DNA from: Fibrobacteria bacterium
GTDB lineage: Bacteria; Fibrobacterota; Fibrobacteria; UBA11236
Direction: 5' to 3'
DNA: 64,000 nt
NCBI GenBank assembly: GCA_041746255.1
Contig: JBGTHM010000039.1
Coordinates: forward strand, 27,701 to 91,700
The position numbers and the translations under genes were made by a program. Below the pieces are notes generated by a model, which was given only the letters and a program-made list of their open reading frames with translations, made no database searches and had not been told where the DNA came from. Below, piece by piece: positions 1 to 9,804 of the stretch; the first letter of the stretch is position 1; each line of letters starts with the position of its first letter.

Positions 1-187
1 CGGGCGGATAAGTTAATAAATAATCCGTTCGGTTTGCTCAAGCTTAAGGATGGCGGACACCGAAATATCGGCAGAGCATGGATTACCGAAGCCGTCTTTA
101 AAGCGCCGTTCTTGGTGCGATCCCCATGCCTTCAATGGGCCAAATACGGCTTCACCGCTCCTTTTCGAATAGCTAACTTTGGCATTC

Positions 188-2296
188 ATGCTTGATGCAA
201 CCCCTTCCGAATTGTCTTCCGGCACCCCTTATCCCCTGGGCGCCACCGCTACCGAAGTCGGCGTGAATTTCGCCGTTTATTCCCGTTCCGCCGAATCCAT
301 AGACCTGGTTCTTTTTGACTCTCACGATGGAGAACCCACCCAGACTTTTCCCTTGGCCTACCGGACCGGTTTTATTTTCCACCTGCATGTTCGTGGTTTA
401 AAACCGGGACAACTCTACGGTCTCCAAGCGCACGGTCCCTATCAACCCGAAAAAGGGTTGCGGTTCAATCCCCACAAATTGCTGCTTGACCCCTATGCGA
501 AAGCCTTGGTGGGCCGCTTTTCCAATGCGGAGGGGTTACTCCTGGGCTACCGTCCCGGAGGTCCCGATGCCGACCTGACCCTGGATACCCGTCCCAGTCA
601 TTTCGCCATGCCCAAGTGCCTGGTGCATGACCGCCCTTTCGATTGGCAGGGAGTCACCCGTCCCCGCCTACGCCCCTCCGATCTGGTGGTTTACGAAGTG
701 CATCTCAAGGGATTCACCCGCGACTCCTCTTCCGGCGTTAGTAATCCCGGCACCTACCTGGGCTTTATCGAAAAAATTCCGTATCTCACCTCCCTGGGTA
801 TCAATGCCGTCGAGTTTCTTCCCCTGCAGGCCTTTTATTCCGAGGACTTTCTCGCGAACCGGGGACTTCGCAATTACTGGGGCTATAACACCATTGGTTT
901 TTTCGCTCCCCATGCCGAGTATGGCAGCGGCTCCTATCCCGGCTGCGAGGTGGAGGAATGCAAAACCCTGGTACGCGAATTACACCGTGCGGGAATCGCC
1001 GTCATTCTGGACGTGGTGTATAACCATACCGCGGAGGGTAACGAATTCGGGCCCACTTTGAGCTTCCGTGGGCTCGACAACCCAGGCTATTATACCCTGC
1101 GCGAAATCGGAGATCATTCCTGGCGCGGGTATATGAATTATACCGGCACCGGTAATACCGTTAACTTCGGACATAAGGTCTCGCAGCGTCTTTGTCTCGA
1201 TTCCTTGCGATATTGGGCCGATCAAATGCAGGTCGATGGGTTTCGTTTCGACTTGGCTACGGTGCATGGACGAAGCCACCGCGTCGATTTCAGCAGGAAG
1301 TCGGCATTCTTCACAGCCGTGGCGCAAGACCCGGTGTTGGCCGAGCGCATTCTCATTGCCGAGCCTTGGGACATGGAAGCCTATGCGGTGGGTGGTTTTC
1401 CCGAGGAATGGAATGAGTGGAATGGCAAGTTCCGTGATTCTGCGCGTCGATTTTGGAAAGACGGCAACCTCCCCGTCCTGGAGTGGCAGCAGCGGTTTAC
1501 CGGCTCCCCCGATCTCTTTTCCATGGAACAGGGCCGGGCCCCGCACAACAGCGTCAATTTTACCACTTGTCACGACGGTTTCACCTTGAACGATCTGCTC
1601 TCCTATGCGTCGAAGCGGAACTTAGCCAATGGCGAGGAAAACCGCGATGGTAACGACGACAACATATCCTTGAATTGCGGGCATGAAGGTCCCAGCGAAG
1701 ACGCCGCTGTAAATGCCCTGCGTTGGCGCCTTGCCAAGAATCATTTTTGCACAGTCCTGTTCAGCCACGGGATTCCCATGCTGCTCGGGGGGGACGAAAT
1801 GCTGCGCACCCAGGGAGGCAATAACAACGCTTATTGCCAGGATAACTCCATCAGCTGGTTTGATTGGAGCCTGGCCGAGAGTAACTTGGCAATGACGTCG
1901 TTCGTCCGAAACCTGATCAAGATACGGAACAGGTTCCCGGTTTTCACCCATTCTTTTCCATGGACGGATGTCGGGGAAGGGTTCCTGCGTTGGACCTTGC
2001 CCGAAGCCGCTCCCGAGGCTCCCTTCAAGATAGCCGCCCAGGGCTGCCTGTTGGGGCCTCATCCGTCCCTTACCCTCGATGCCGGTCTTATCCTGCTTTT
2101 CAATGCATCCGAAATTGAAGCCTCTTTCAGACTGCCCGGCGCCGACGACGGCAAGGTTTGGATCCGGTGGGTGGATACTTCATTGGAACGGGGAGATGAT
2201 TTTCCCCAGCCGACGCCCATAACCACCACCGGTGGTTTGTTTCCCGTGGCGGGTCGGAGCTTTTCCTTTTGCGTAACCGGAGGTCGATATGCTTGA
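188..2296 (+). CDS. glgX: Glycogen debranching enzyme GlgX (GH13 isoamylase)
   Basis: PYPLGAT, NPHKLLLDPYAK, NYWGY, ILDVVYNHTAEG, DGFRFDLA, IAEPWD and CHDGFTL motifs. ATG at 188 preferred over TTG at 179. Confidence 0.96.
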   Translation: MLDATPSELSSGTPYPLGATATEVGVNFAVYSRSAESIDLVLFDSHDGEPTQTFPLAYRTGFIFHLHVRGLKPGQLYGLQAHGPYQPEKGLRFNPHKLLLDPYAKALVGRFSNAEGLLLGYRPGGPDADLTLDTRPSHFAMPKCLVHDRPFDWQGVTRPRLRPSDLVVYEVHLKGFTRDSSSGVSNPGTYLGFIEKIPYLTSLGINAVEFLPLQAFYSEDFLANRGLRNYWGYNTIGFFAPHAEYGSGSYPGCEVEECKTLVRELHRAGIAVILDVVYNHTAEGNEFGPTLSFRGLDNPGYYTLREIGDHSWRGYMNYTGTGNTVNFGHKVSQRLCLDSLRYWADQMQVDGFRFDLATVHGRSHRVDFSRKSAFFTAVAQDPVLAERILIAEPWDMEAYAVGGFPEEWNEWNGKFRDSARRFWKDGNLPVLEWQQRFTGSPDLFSMEQGRAPHNSVNFTTCHDGFTLNDLLSYASKRNLANGEENRDGNDDNISLNCGHEGPSEDAAVNALRWRLAKNHFCTVLFSHGIPMLLGGDEMLRTQGGNNNAYCQDNSISWFDWSLAESNLAMTSFVRNLIKIRNRFPVFTHSFPWTDVGEGFLRWTLPEAAPEAPFKIAAQGCLLGPHPSLTLDAGLILLFNASEIEASFRLPGADDGKVWIRWVDTSLERGDDFPQPTPITTTGGLFPVAGRSFSFCVTGGRYA

Positions 2297-2771
2297 AATG
2301 GAATTGCGACTGCAAGAAGTCTTCGACCATGAAATCCCCTTGAGTCGGGCATTGGGAATCCGTATTCTGGAGGCGAAGCCGCCTCGATTGGTATTGCAGG
2401 CTCCGCTTGCGCCCAATCTCAATCATAAACGCACCGCCTTCGCGGGAAGCCTTAACGCGGTGGCTACGCTGGCGGGTTGGGGGGTCGTGTATACCGCTTT
2501 GTACCAGGCGGGTTTTAAAGCGCAGGTCATTATTCAAGAAAGCGCAATTTCATATATCAAGCCCGTGCAGACGGATTTTCAGGCTATATGCGAATACCCT
2601 CCTGAACCTGTTTTCGTGGAAGCGATGGAACTTTTCGGCCGTAAGGGTAAGTCCCGTTTGAGTCTGGATGTCCCCATCTACGCTGCGGGTGTATTTCCGT
2701 CTACTCCGGAAGGAAACGATACGGGGCCATTAGTCGTATTTTCAGGGATTTATGTAATTCTGCAGAACTGA
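2289..2771 (+). CDS. Hot-dog fold thioesterase-domain protein (YiiD C-terminal-like)
   Basis: IPLSRALGI...APLAPNLNHKRTAFAGSL...TLAGWG motif. Overlaps the glgX stop, suggesting translational coupling. Confidence 0.85.
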   Translation: MLEMELRLQEVFDHEIPLSRALGIRILEAKPPRLVLQAPLAPNLNHKRTAFAGSLNAVATLAGWGVVYTALYQAGFKAQVIIQESAISYIKPVQTDFQAICEYPPEPVFVEAMELFGRKGKSRLSLDVPIYAAGVFPSTPEGNDTGPLVVFSGIYVILQN

Positions 2772-2828
2772 AAACCCGAAATCCTTCTCAACTTCAAGCA
2801 CCCCCTTTCCATTCATCTTCTTATATGA

Positions 2829-2858
2829 CGTTTCGTCCTGCTCCCAGGTCGTTTCGTC
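2829..2858 (+). promoter_or_regulatory. Putative LytTR-family binding site (CGTTTCGTC-N12-CGTTTCGTC)
   Basis: Two perfect 9-bp direct repeats at 2829-2837 and 2850-2858 (21-bp period). They lie upstream of an operon ending in a LytTR regulator and resemble the AlgR core CCGTTCGTC. Confidence 0.7.
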
Positions 2859-2940
2859 GGGTGACCTCTATACGCACAGCCAAATCGTACTAGATTCCGC
2901 AACGGCCTTGAGGGTCGGTGAAGGTCGGTTAGTGGGCTTT

Positions 2941-3564
2941 ATGTCAGGAGATATGTTGGGGATGGGTAGGTCAGACACCGAAGTGCTTTTCCGCAGCCAT
3001 TATGGCAGCGTACTGGGGTTTTGTCGAGGTTTTGCGAAAAGTAAGGAGGAGGACCAGGATCTCACTTGCGAAGTCTTTCTTCGCATAGTTCGAAGCTATT
3101 CCCGATTCGAGGGCCGATCGCATGTATCCACTTGGATTCGCACCATTGCCCGCAATGTCTGTTTTTCCCATATTGCGCGCGCGCGGAAAGAAAAAGCCGG
3201 CCTCTCTCCCGCTTATTCCCATTCTCCCGATTCTTTTCCCTCACTCATTTTGTTGCGCCCGAGCCCGATTGAAGCGGAGGAGGACGCGCGCTTGGGTAAT
3301 ATCATGATAGAAAAGGCCTTGGGATCCATCGGGCGGCAGACCCGCGACATTGTGAAGAAATATTATCTGGAAGGCATGAGCCAGGGCGAGGTTGCCCGGG
3401 AATTGGGGGTATCCAGGCCCGCGATTGGGAAAAGTCTGAAACGCGCCAAATCCCATTGGCAACAAATGTTGCTGGGAAAAAATGGCTTGTCGACCCAACC
3501 ATCCCCAGTAAAGAAGCAACGCAAAGCGGTAACACCAAAGGTGGTGATGAAGGTCGCAGCCTGA
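2941..3564 (+). CDS. ECF (sigma-70 group 4) RNA polymerase sigma factor
   Basis: Region 2 (QDLTCEVFLRIVRSYSRFEGRSHVSTWIRTIARN) and region 4 HTH (YLEGMSQGEVARELGVSRPAI). Start uncertain between 2908 and 2962. Confidence 0.9.
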   Translation: MSGDMLGMGRSDTEVLFRSHYGSVLGFCRGFAKSKEEDQDLTCEVFLRIVRSYSRFEGRSHVSTWIRTIARNVCFSHIARARKEKAGLSPAYSHSPDSFPSLILLRPSPIEAEEDARLGNIMIEKALGSIGRQTRDIVKKYYLEGMSQGEVARELGVSRPAIGKSLKRAKSHWQQMLLGKNGLSTQPSPVKKQRKAVTPKVVMKVAA

Positions 3565-3583
3565 ACGTGAGGTTTCTACGTGT

Positions 3584-4186
3584 GTGATTCCGGTTCCAGG
3601 GTGGTGGAATTCTACGATAGTACTTGGAGATTGCCGGGGAAGAAACCCAGGCGCCCCTGGTATTTTGGCGGAATGCCTCGCGAGGCTGCTCCGAGGGGCC
3701 TCCCTACTGTATCTTTCCCCTATGTTGCGCCGGAGTCCCGCCGCGCTTAAAATGGACATTCAACTCAAAAACTCCGAATTAGAAGCTTATTTGCGCCGAA
3801 TCGCCTGGCCCGGGTCTTTTGAGGCCCTTACCCATTTTTGGCGGGGGGATGATTTATTGGGTGGAGAAGCTAAATTCCAGCTTGCTTGCGGGGATGGGTT
3901 GCATCCCCTAATTGAATTCGAATTTGATATTTTTTCCGATTCACGCAGCCTTGTCAAAGCCGAAAAACTTGTAAATTTTCTGCAAGCCAGAGGCCTTTGC
4001 GATAAAGGTCGCGGGCAGGCTTTGCTGGCATGGCCGGGCGAAACCCGGTTACGAATGGTTGCGGATGGATCGGAGATCCGAACGCAGCGATGGCTCGACT
4101 TGAAACTTTGCTGGCATGCCGGTAGCGGATGGTCGGCCAAAGCCTATTTGGGATTCAGTCCACGTTTTTCCGTACCGGTCACCTAG
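3584..4186 (+). CDS. Hypothetical protein, possibly an N-terminally shortened member of a conserved uncharacterised family
   Basis: 200-aa ORF filling the gap between the sigma gene and the kinase. Motifs YLRRIAWPG, GLC...ALLAWPG and AKAYLGF. In-frame stops at 3545-3550 prevent upstream extension. Confidence 0.65.
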   Translation: MIPVPGWWNSTIVLGDCRGRNPGAPGILAECLARLLRGASLLYLSPMLRRSPAALKMDIQLKNSELEAYLRRIAWPGSFEALTHFWRGDDLLGGEAKFQLACGDGLHPLIEFEFDIFSDSRSLVKAEKLVNFLQARGLCDKGRGQALLAWPGETRLRMVADGSEIRTQRWLDLKLCWHAGSGWSAKAYLGFSPRFSVPVT

Positions 4187-4218
4187 GGAACACCGGTTTA
4201 CAACTTTCAGGAAATTCA

Positions 4219-7200
4219 ATGAATTATTCCGGCACGAACGGTAGCGAAACCTTGTCCGCATGGATAGCCCATGACGCGCTGGACTTGGAGGAGTTTTTCG
4301 GTTTCGCCCGGAAAATTTGCAGTGAAATTACGCGACTCCACTCTGCCGGCGAAATGTTGGGAGTTCTGTATCCAGGCCGGATTGAGGTCTCTTCCAATAC
4401 GGAGCTTCTCGAATTTCTCGCCGTGAGCTCGATTATACCCTCCGAACCGCCACTTTCGGAACGGTTGAACCTGACCTCCCTTTCCGACGCCTGGCCCTAC
4501 TTGGCTCCCGAGATGACCGGACGCATGAACCGGCTTCCGGATAAACGATCCGATCTGTATTCCCTGGGCATGTTGTTTTTCCATTTGCTCACGGGCCGAC
4601 TTCCGGTGGCCTATACGACCTATCCGGAATGGACTCACTGGCATTTGACGGCGACCCCTGTACCCGTTCATGAATGGAACCCCCTCGTGCCCATGCCGCT
4701 CTCCGCGATTGTGGCCAAGTTGATTGCCAAGGATGCGGACGATCGATATCAAGACGCCGGGAGTTTGCAGCGCGATTTGGGAATTTGTAATAAGCAATGG
4801 AACACTGTCGGGAAAATGGCCGGCTTTGCTCCTGGTTCGACGCCTGTTTCGAGACCCCTGGTTTTCTCCGACCGGCTTTTCGGTCGCGATGAAACACTGA
4901 AGGAAATCCTTTCGATGACTGATTTCGCCAAGCGGGGAAGTCGCCGAATACAGTTACTTTCGGGCAGCCCGGGTGTGGGAAAATCGGCATTGGCGGCCGA
5001 AGCCGGTCGTATCTTCCTCTCAAAGGGAATGCAATTTTTCCATGGAAAATTCGAACCGTTGCAAAAAAACACTCCCTATGGCGCCTTCGTAACCGCTTTC
5101 AGGCAAATTGCGGAGCGAATGTTGGGGTTGCCGCCCGAACGTCTGGAATGGTGGAAAAGCCGCTTACTGGAGTGCCTCGAGAGTAACGGGCGTGTTATTA
5201 TCGAATTGGTGCCCGATTTTCGGCATGTGCTCGGGACGCTACCCGATTTGCCTCAATTGGGAATTCCCGAAGCCCAGCACCGTTTTCGCATGGCCATCCA
5301 GGATTTTTTGCGGGCCGTCGCTCCGTCCGAATCTCCGCTGGTACTATTACTCGACGATTTGCACTGGGCCGACGCGGCCTCTCTGGAGCTACTCCGTATC
5401 TGGATGCAAGATACCGAACCCGCGCATATTCTGATTATCGGCACGTTTAGGGAAGGCGAGGGGGATGCCGATAGCCAATTGGGAAAATGGCTGGGCGAAT
5501 GCCGAAAACTTCCGGAGACGGTGCGAAGCCTTTTTCTGGAGCCCTTACAGGAAAGGCAGGTCACCGCGTTTTTACAGCAGGCGCTTTGCGTGGAATCCGA
5601 CCGCTTGGCGCGTTTGTCCGAATTGGTGTTTCGTCACACGCAGGGAAATCCATTTTCCATGCGCCAATTGCTGTTACAATGGCGGCAGGAAAACATGCTT
5701 CGCTTCGAATACGATTTCGACAGGGCTTCCCAACCACACGGGCATTGGGTCTGGGACTTGAAGGCTATCGAAAACATTGGGGTATCATCCCAGGTATCGG
5801 AGCGGTTAAATGCGCGCATTAACGGCTTGGAAGCGGAACAAAAACATACGCTTCTACAGGCTGCTTGCTTCGGAACCCGCTTCCAGGTAAAAGTTCTCGC
5901 CGACCATCTGGAGCAAAGCGTCGACCAGACTCTATCCCTATTGGGAGCTTTGCAACTCAGGGATTTACTCACCTCTTGCGGGGGAATCGCAGAGACTTTC
6001 GATTTTCAGCATGACAATGTTCGTGAAGCGGCCTATCGCATTTTGACGGAGCCGGAGAAACACCAGGCACACTGGCGCATCGGGCAACGCTTGCTGGCCG
6101 AAATGAAATCGCTGGACCAGGGAGATACCCTATTCGAAGTCGCGAATCATCTCATCGCCGGCATATCCCAGGCCCGTGGCTCATTTGAACGGAACCAAGT
6201 CGCCCAGCTCATTTGGGCGGCGAGTCGCAAGGCCTTGGCATCGGCCGCATATTTTTCCGCTGCGAATTTCATCCATGCGGCCAGGCGATTGCTTGGAGAC
6301 ACGGCCTGGGAAGACAACTATCCCCTGGCATTCGGATTGGCTCTTGACCGGATGGAATGCGAGGCCCTGGTTAATAATGTGGATGCCGCGCGCGCGTGTT
6401 TGGAGGAGTTGTTGGAAAAGGCCTCTACGCCGTCCGACAAGTTGGCCGCCTATTGCGGCTTCATCCGGATTTTGTTGCACGAAAACGCCTATGGCGAAGC
6501 GATAACGCTGGGAACCGAAGCTTTGCGGCTGTTGGGCGTCCATATTCCCAAGCGCGCCCACCCGGTGAGCCTGTTGGTGGAAATGGCAACGGCCGAATGG
6601 CTGCAGCGAAAAAGCCGGCACGAAAAATTACGGCGCCTGTCACCCAATTTGAGCGCGGAAAACCAGACTGCGCAAACATTGCTTACCCATTTATGGGTGG
6701 CTTCCTATTGGGAGGATCAGGCGCTTTACGCGCTCGTTACGCTGAAGATGGTGAATTTTTCCATGCGTCACGGAAATGCGGAAATTTCCTCGGTGGCATA
6801 TGTTTTTTATGGGGCCATGCTCAATTCGGTCATGGGACGCACTGAAAAAGCCCGCTGGTTCGGGGATTTGGGATTGGGTCTTTCCCGTGATGTGCGCAAT
6901 CCCGGCATCCGCGGCAAAGTTTACATGTTCTACGGCGGGTTCATCAACCTCTTTCACGCTCCCCTCGAGTCCAGTCTTGCTTTTTTCGAGGAAGGCTACA
7001 AAGAGTGCCTGCGCGCCGGTGAAAGGGTATTCGCGGGTTTCGCCGCCGAGGCGTATATCACCTGTCTTCCGATGGCGAATCGGGGTCTGGACGAGGTGGA
7101 GTCCGAATGCCGGCGCTATGCGCATAAACTGGAATTGCTGGGAAAGCATTCCAGTTCTTTCGTAGTAGCCTTGGTGTTACATCATGTCAGGGAGGTTTCC

Positions 7201-9036
7201 GGATCCGGCGGTTCCGACAATCCCGCGCCTTCACGCCCACCTTCCCGGCCCTTGGGTTCGGAGCCGGAGGGTGAATCCGGGAAACCCCCGAAGGGGAAAG
7301 TAAATCCGAAAGAAAATTCGCGTGCCGGCCGCGGCATTCAACTGCTCTACGCTATGCAGTCGGCATTCCTTGCCGGAGAGTGGGAACAAGGCTTAGCAAG
7401 CGGAGAAGACTTGCAGGGCAACCCCTTATTGAAAGGCGTTCCGGTTTTGGTGGCCGCTTATCACGTGCATGCGGCGCTCCTTTGCGCCGAGGGTATGGCC
7501 AGGCTGGGGGAACCGAGTCGTCGTAAATGGCTCTCCCGCATTCGCAAAGCGGCCAAACAGTTACGTAAATGGAAAGATCTATGCCCGGAAAATTTCCAGG
7601 CTCCCCATGATTTGGTTCATGCCGCCTTGTATCGCATCCAGGGTGATTTCACCCAAGCTGCCCGGTTGTGTGAAGCGGCTGTTGAAGCCGGGCGGCGCTT
7701 CGGGTCGCAAATGTATGAAGCCGAAGCGCTCGAGCAGGCCGCGCGGAATTATCTGGAGGCGGGATCCACGCGCTTGGGCTGCCAGGCCTTGGTTGAGGCC
7801 GAAGCCTCCTATGTTCGCTGGGGCGCGCTACCCAAGGCGACCGCTGTGAGAGCCGAACTCGATTCGCTCCCGCGTTGGGCGTTTACCAAGCCCAAAGGAA
7901 GGGACATTTCCTCCGATGAAGATGCGGTTAAACCGGGAATCCAGGATATCGATCTCCATTCCGTAATGGCGGCTTCGCGAGCCATATCCGGCGAGATTGT
8001 TTTTAAAAGCCTGTTGGCGAAACTTTTGGAGACCATTCTCAAATGCGCCGGCGCGCAGCGGGTCGCACTCATCCTGGAAAGAAAAAGCGTGTTCATCGTA
8101 GAAGCCGAGGCGGTGAGCGATAAAACCCGTCTGTTCGAGTCCACTCCGCTCGATTCCCATTCCGGCTTACCCACTTCCATCGTTTATTATGTGGCCCGTA
8201 CCGAAAAAAGCCTGATATTATCGGATGCCCGCACCGATACGCGTTTTATTCACGATCCTTATTTGCGGCGCAACGAACCGAGGTCGGTTTTGTGCGCCCC
8301 ATTGCTCAGCCAGGGCAAGTTACGAGGCATCATTTATGCTGAGAACAACCTGACCACCAGCGCCTTCACCCTGCAGAGGCTTGAGGTGTTGAATATTCTC
8401 GCGGCCCAGGCGGCCATATCCCTGACCAATGCCGACTACCATTCCCTGCAAATCGAGGCCTTGCAGGCCCGCGTTTCCCCGCACTTCCTTTTCAACGCCT
8501 TGAGTTCCATCGCCGAGTTGATTCTCGACGACCCGGCGGGAGCGGAAAAGGCGGTCATTCTGCTTTCCGGCCTTTACCGTTACATTCTCACCGCTTCGCT
8601 CAACAATTCGGTGCCCTTGTCGGAAGAGTTGGAAATCGTGCACGCGTACCTGATGCTGGAAAAGCTTCGGTTCGGCGACAAACTGGATTTCGAAATCACT
8701 TCCGAAGGTGATATCGGTTCCGTGCAGGTTCCGGGTCTGATCATCCAGCCACTGGCCGAAAACAGCGTTCGCCACGGCATCAGCCCTAATATCGACGGGG
8801 GAAAAGTGAGCGTGCATGTCGAAAACCGCGATGGGCATTGTCGGATCATTGTTTCGGACAACGGCTTGGGCTTGGGGAATAACCATTCCACCGGCACGGG
8901 TTACGGATTGAAAAACGTGCAAGAACGTCTGAAATTGGTTTATGGAGAAGGGTATTCCCTTTCCATTTCTTCGCAAGCCGGTTATCGGGTCGAAATCAAC
9001 TTGAGACTTTCACACTTCGAAAAAGCAGCTCCGTGA
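4219..9036 (+). CDS. Multidomain sensor: degenerate Ser/Thr kinase, AAA ATPase, helical repeat region, GAF and LytS-type histidine kinase
   Basis: YLAPEMTGRMNR/SDLYSLG kinase C-lobe; Walker A GSPGVGKS and Walker B LLLDDLHWAD; GAF (SVLCAPLLSQGKLRGIIYAEN); LQARVSPHFLFNAL H-box; QPLAENSVRHG and DNGLG/TGYGL HATPase. ATG at 4219 preferred over 4129. Confidence 0.92.
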   Translation: MNYSGTNGSETLSAWIAHDALDLEEFFGFARKICSEITRLHSAGEMLGVLYPGRIEVSSNTELLEFLAVSSIIPSEPPLSERLNLTSLSDAWPYLAPEMTGRMNRLPDKRSDLYSLGMLFFHLLTGRLPVAYTTYPEWTHWHLTATPVPVHEWNPLVPMPLSAIVAKLIAKDADDRYQDAGSLQRDLGICNKQWNTVGKMAGFAPGSTPVSRPLVFSDRLFGRDETLKEILSMTDFAKRGSRRIQLLSGSPGVGKSALAAEAGRIFLSKGMQFFHGKFEPLQKNTPYGAFVTAFRQIAERMLGLPPERLEWWKSRLLECLESNGRVIIELVPDFRHVLGTLPDLPQLGIPEAQHRFRMAIQDFLRAVAPSESPLVLLLDDLHWADAASLELLRIWMQDTEPAHILIIGTFREGEGDADSQLGKWLGECRKLPETVRSLFLEPLQERQVTAFLQQALCVESDRLARLSELVFRHTQGNPFSMRQLLLQWRQENMLRFEYDFDRASQPHGHWVWDLKAIENIGVSSQVSERLNARINGLEAEQKHTLLQAACFGTRFQVKVLADHLEQSVDQTLSLLGALQLRDLLTSCGGIAETFDFQHDNVREAAYRILTEPEKHQAHWRIGQRLLAEMKSLDQGDTLFEVANHLIAGISQARGSFERNQVAQLIWAASRKALASAAYFSAANFIHAARRLLGDTAWEDNYPLAFGLALDRMECEALVNNVDAARACLEELLEKASTPSDKLAAYCGFIRILLHENAYGEAITLGTEALRLLGVHIPKRAHPVSLLVEMATAEWLQRKSRHEKLRRLSPNLSAENQTAQTLLTHLWVASYWEDQALYALVTLKMVNFSMRHGNAEISSVAYVFYGAMLNSVMGRTEKARWFGDLGLGLSRDVRNPGIRGKVYMFYGGFINLFHAPLESSLAFFEEGYKECLRAGERVFAGFAAEAYITCLPMANRGLDEVESECRRYAHKLELLGKHSSSFVVALVLHHVREVSGSGGSDNPAPSRPPSRPLGSEPEGESGKPPKGKVNPKENSRAGRGIQLLYAMQSAFLAGEWEQGLASGEDLQGNPLLKGVPVLVAAYHVHAALLCAEGMARLGEPSRRKWLSRIRKAAKQLRKWKDLCPENFQAPHDLVHAALYRIQGDFTQAARLCEAAVEAGRRFGSQMYEAEALEQAARNYLEAGSTRLGCQALVEAEASYVRWGALPKATAVRAELDSLPRWAFTKPKGRDISSDEDAVKPGIQDIDLHSVMAASRAISGEIVFKSLLAKLLETILKCAGAQRVALILERKSVFIVEAEAVSDKTRLFESTPLDSHSGLPTSIVYYVARTEKSLILSDARTDTRFIHDPYLRRNEPRSVLCAPLLSQGKLRGIIYAENNLTTSAFTLQRLEVLNILAAQAAISLTNADYHSLQIEALQARVSPHFLFNALSSIAELILDDPAGAEKAVILLSGLYRYILTASLNNSVPLSEELEIVHAYLMLEKLRFGDKLDFEITSEGDIGSVQVPGLIIQPLAENSVRHGISPNIDGGKVSVHVENRDGHCRIIVSDNGLGLGNNHSTGTGYGLKNVQERLKLVYGEGYSLSISSQAGYRVEINLRLSHFEKAAP

Positions 9037-9776
9037 AGATTCGCGCCCTCATTGTTGAAGACGAAGCCCATTCGTTGCGGCGCCTGGTCAGGCTTTTGAA
9101 TCCGTGGAATCTTGAAATAGAAGTAGTCGGGCAATGCACCAACGGTATAACTGCCGTGGAACAGATTCAAACCCTGAAACCCGACCTGCTGTTTCTGGAC
9201 ATCCAGCTGCCGGGTCTTAACGCTTTTCAAATCTTGAGCCGGCTGGAAAAACAACCCTTCATCATTTTCACAACCGCATTTGCGACCCATGCCCTGGAAG
9301 CGTTCAAGCATAACTCCGTCGATTATCTGCTCAAGCCCATCGAGCCGGAAGCGCTGGAACGCGCCATGTTGAAAATGCTCAACAGGAGTACGCCGAAACT
9401 CCCCAAAATAGATCGAATTTCACGATTATTGGAAAACCTGGAACAGGGTTATTTGACCTTTATTCCCTGTAGGGTGGGGGAAAGGACCCTATTGGTAAAA
9501 GTAGGGGAGATCCTTTATTTTCAGGCTGACAGCAAATACACCATGGTGAAAACCAATGGGAAATCCTATGCCATTACCACCCCGCTGGTGGATTTGGAAC
9601 GGCAACTCGACCCCAAGGAATTCATTCGCATCCATCGGGGAACCTTGGTTAATCTGGCGTGGATTGCCGAAATCCGCAAATCCTTCGAAGGAAAAGTCAA
9701 AATTTTGATGCTGGACCAGCCTTCCTCCGAATTGTCTGTCAGCAAGGCCTTTGCCGAGCGATTGCGCGATTTTTAG
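9033..9776 (+). CDS. LytTR-family response regulator
   Basis: Receiver (IVEDE, LFLDIQLPG, DYLLKP) plus LytTR domain (FIRIHRGTLVNL). GTGA overlap with the kinase stop. Confidence 0.95.
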   Translation: MKIRALIVEDEAHSLRRLVRLLNPWNLEIEVVGQCTNGITAVEQIQTLKPDLLFLDIQLPGLNAFQILSRLEKQPFIIFTTAFATHALEAFKHNSVDYLLKPIEPEALERAMLKMLNRSTPKLPKIDRISRLLENLEQGYLTFIPCRVGERTLLVKVGEILYFQADSKYTMVKTNGKSYAITTPLVDLERQLDPKEFIRIHRGTLVNLAWIAEIRKSFEGKVKILMLDQPSSELSVSKAFAERLRDF

Positions 9777-9804
9777 CCGCCTTGCATGTTTCCGGTGTCC
9801 CTGC

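Noticed and set aside
13..225. 70-aa minus-strand ORF at the window start
   Set aside because: It overlaps the glgX start, shows no motif or RBS support, and upstream context is missing.
4219..9036. STAND-like ATPase as an anti-phage (Avs-type) defence system
   Set aside because: It has no nuclease, TIR, SIR2 or other toxic effector; the output is a histidine kinase with a cognate regulator.
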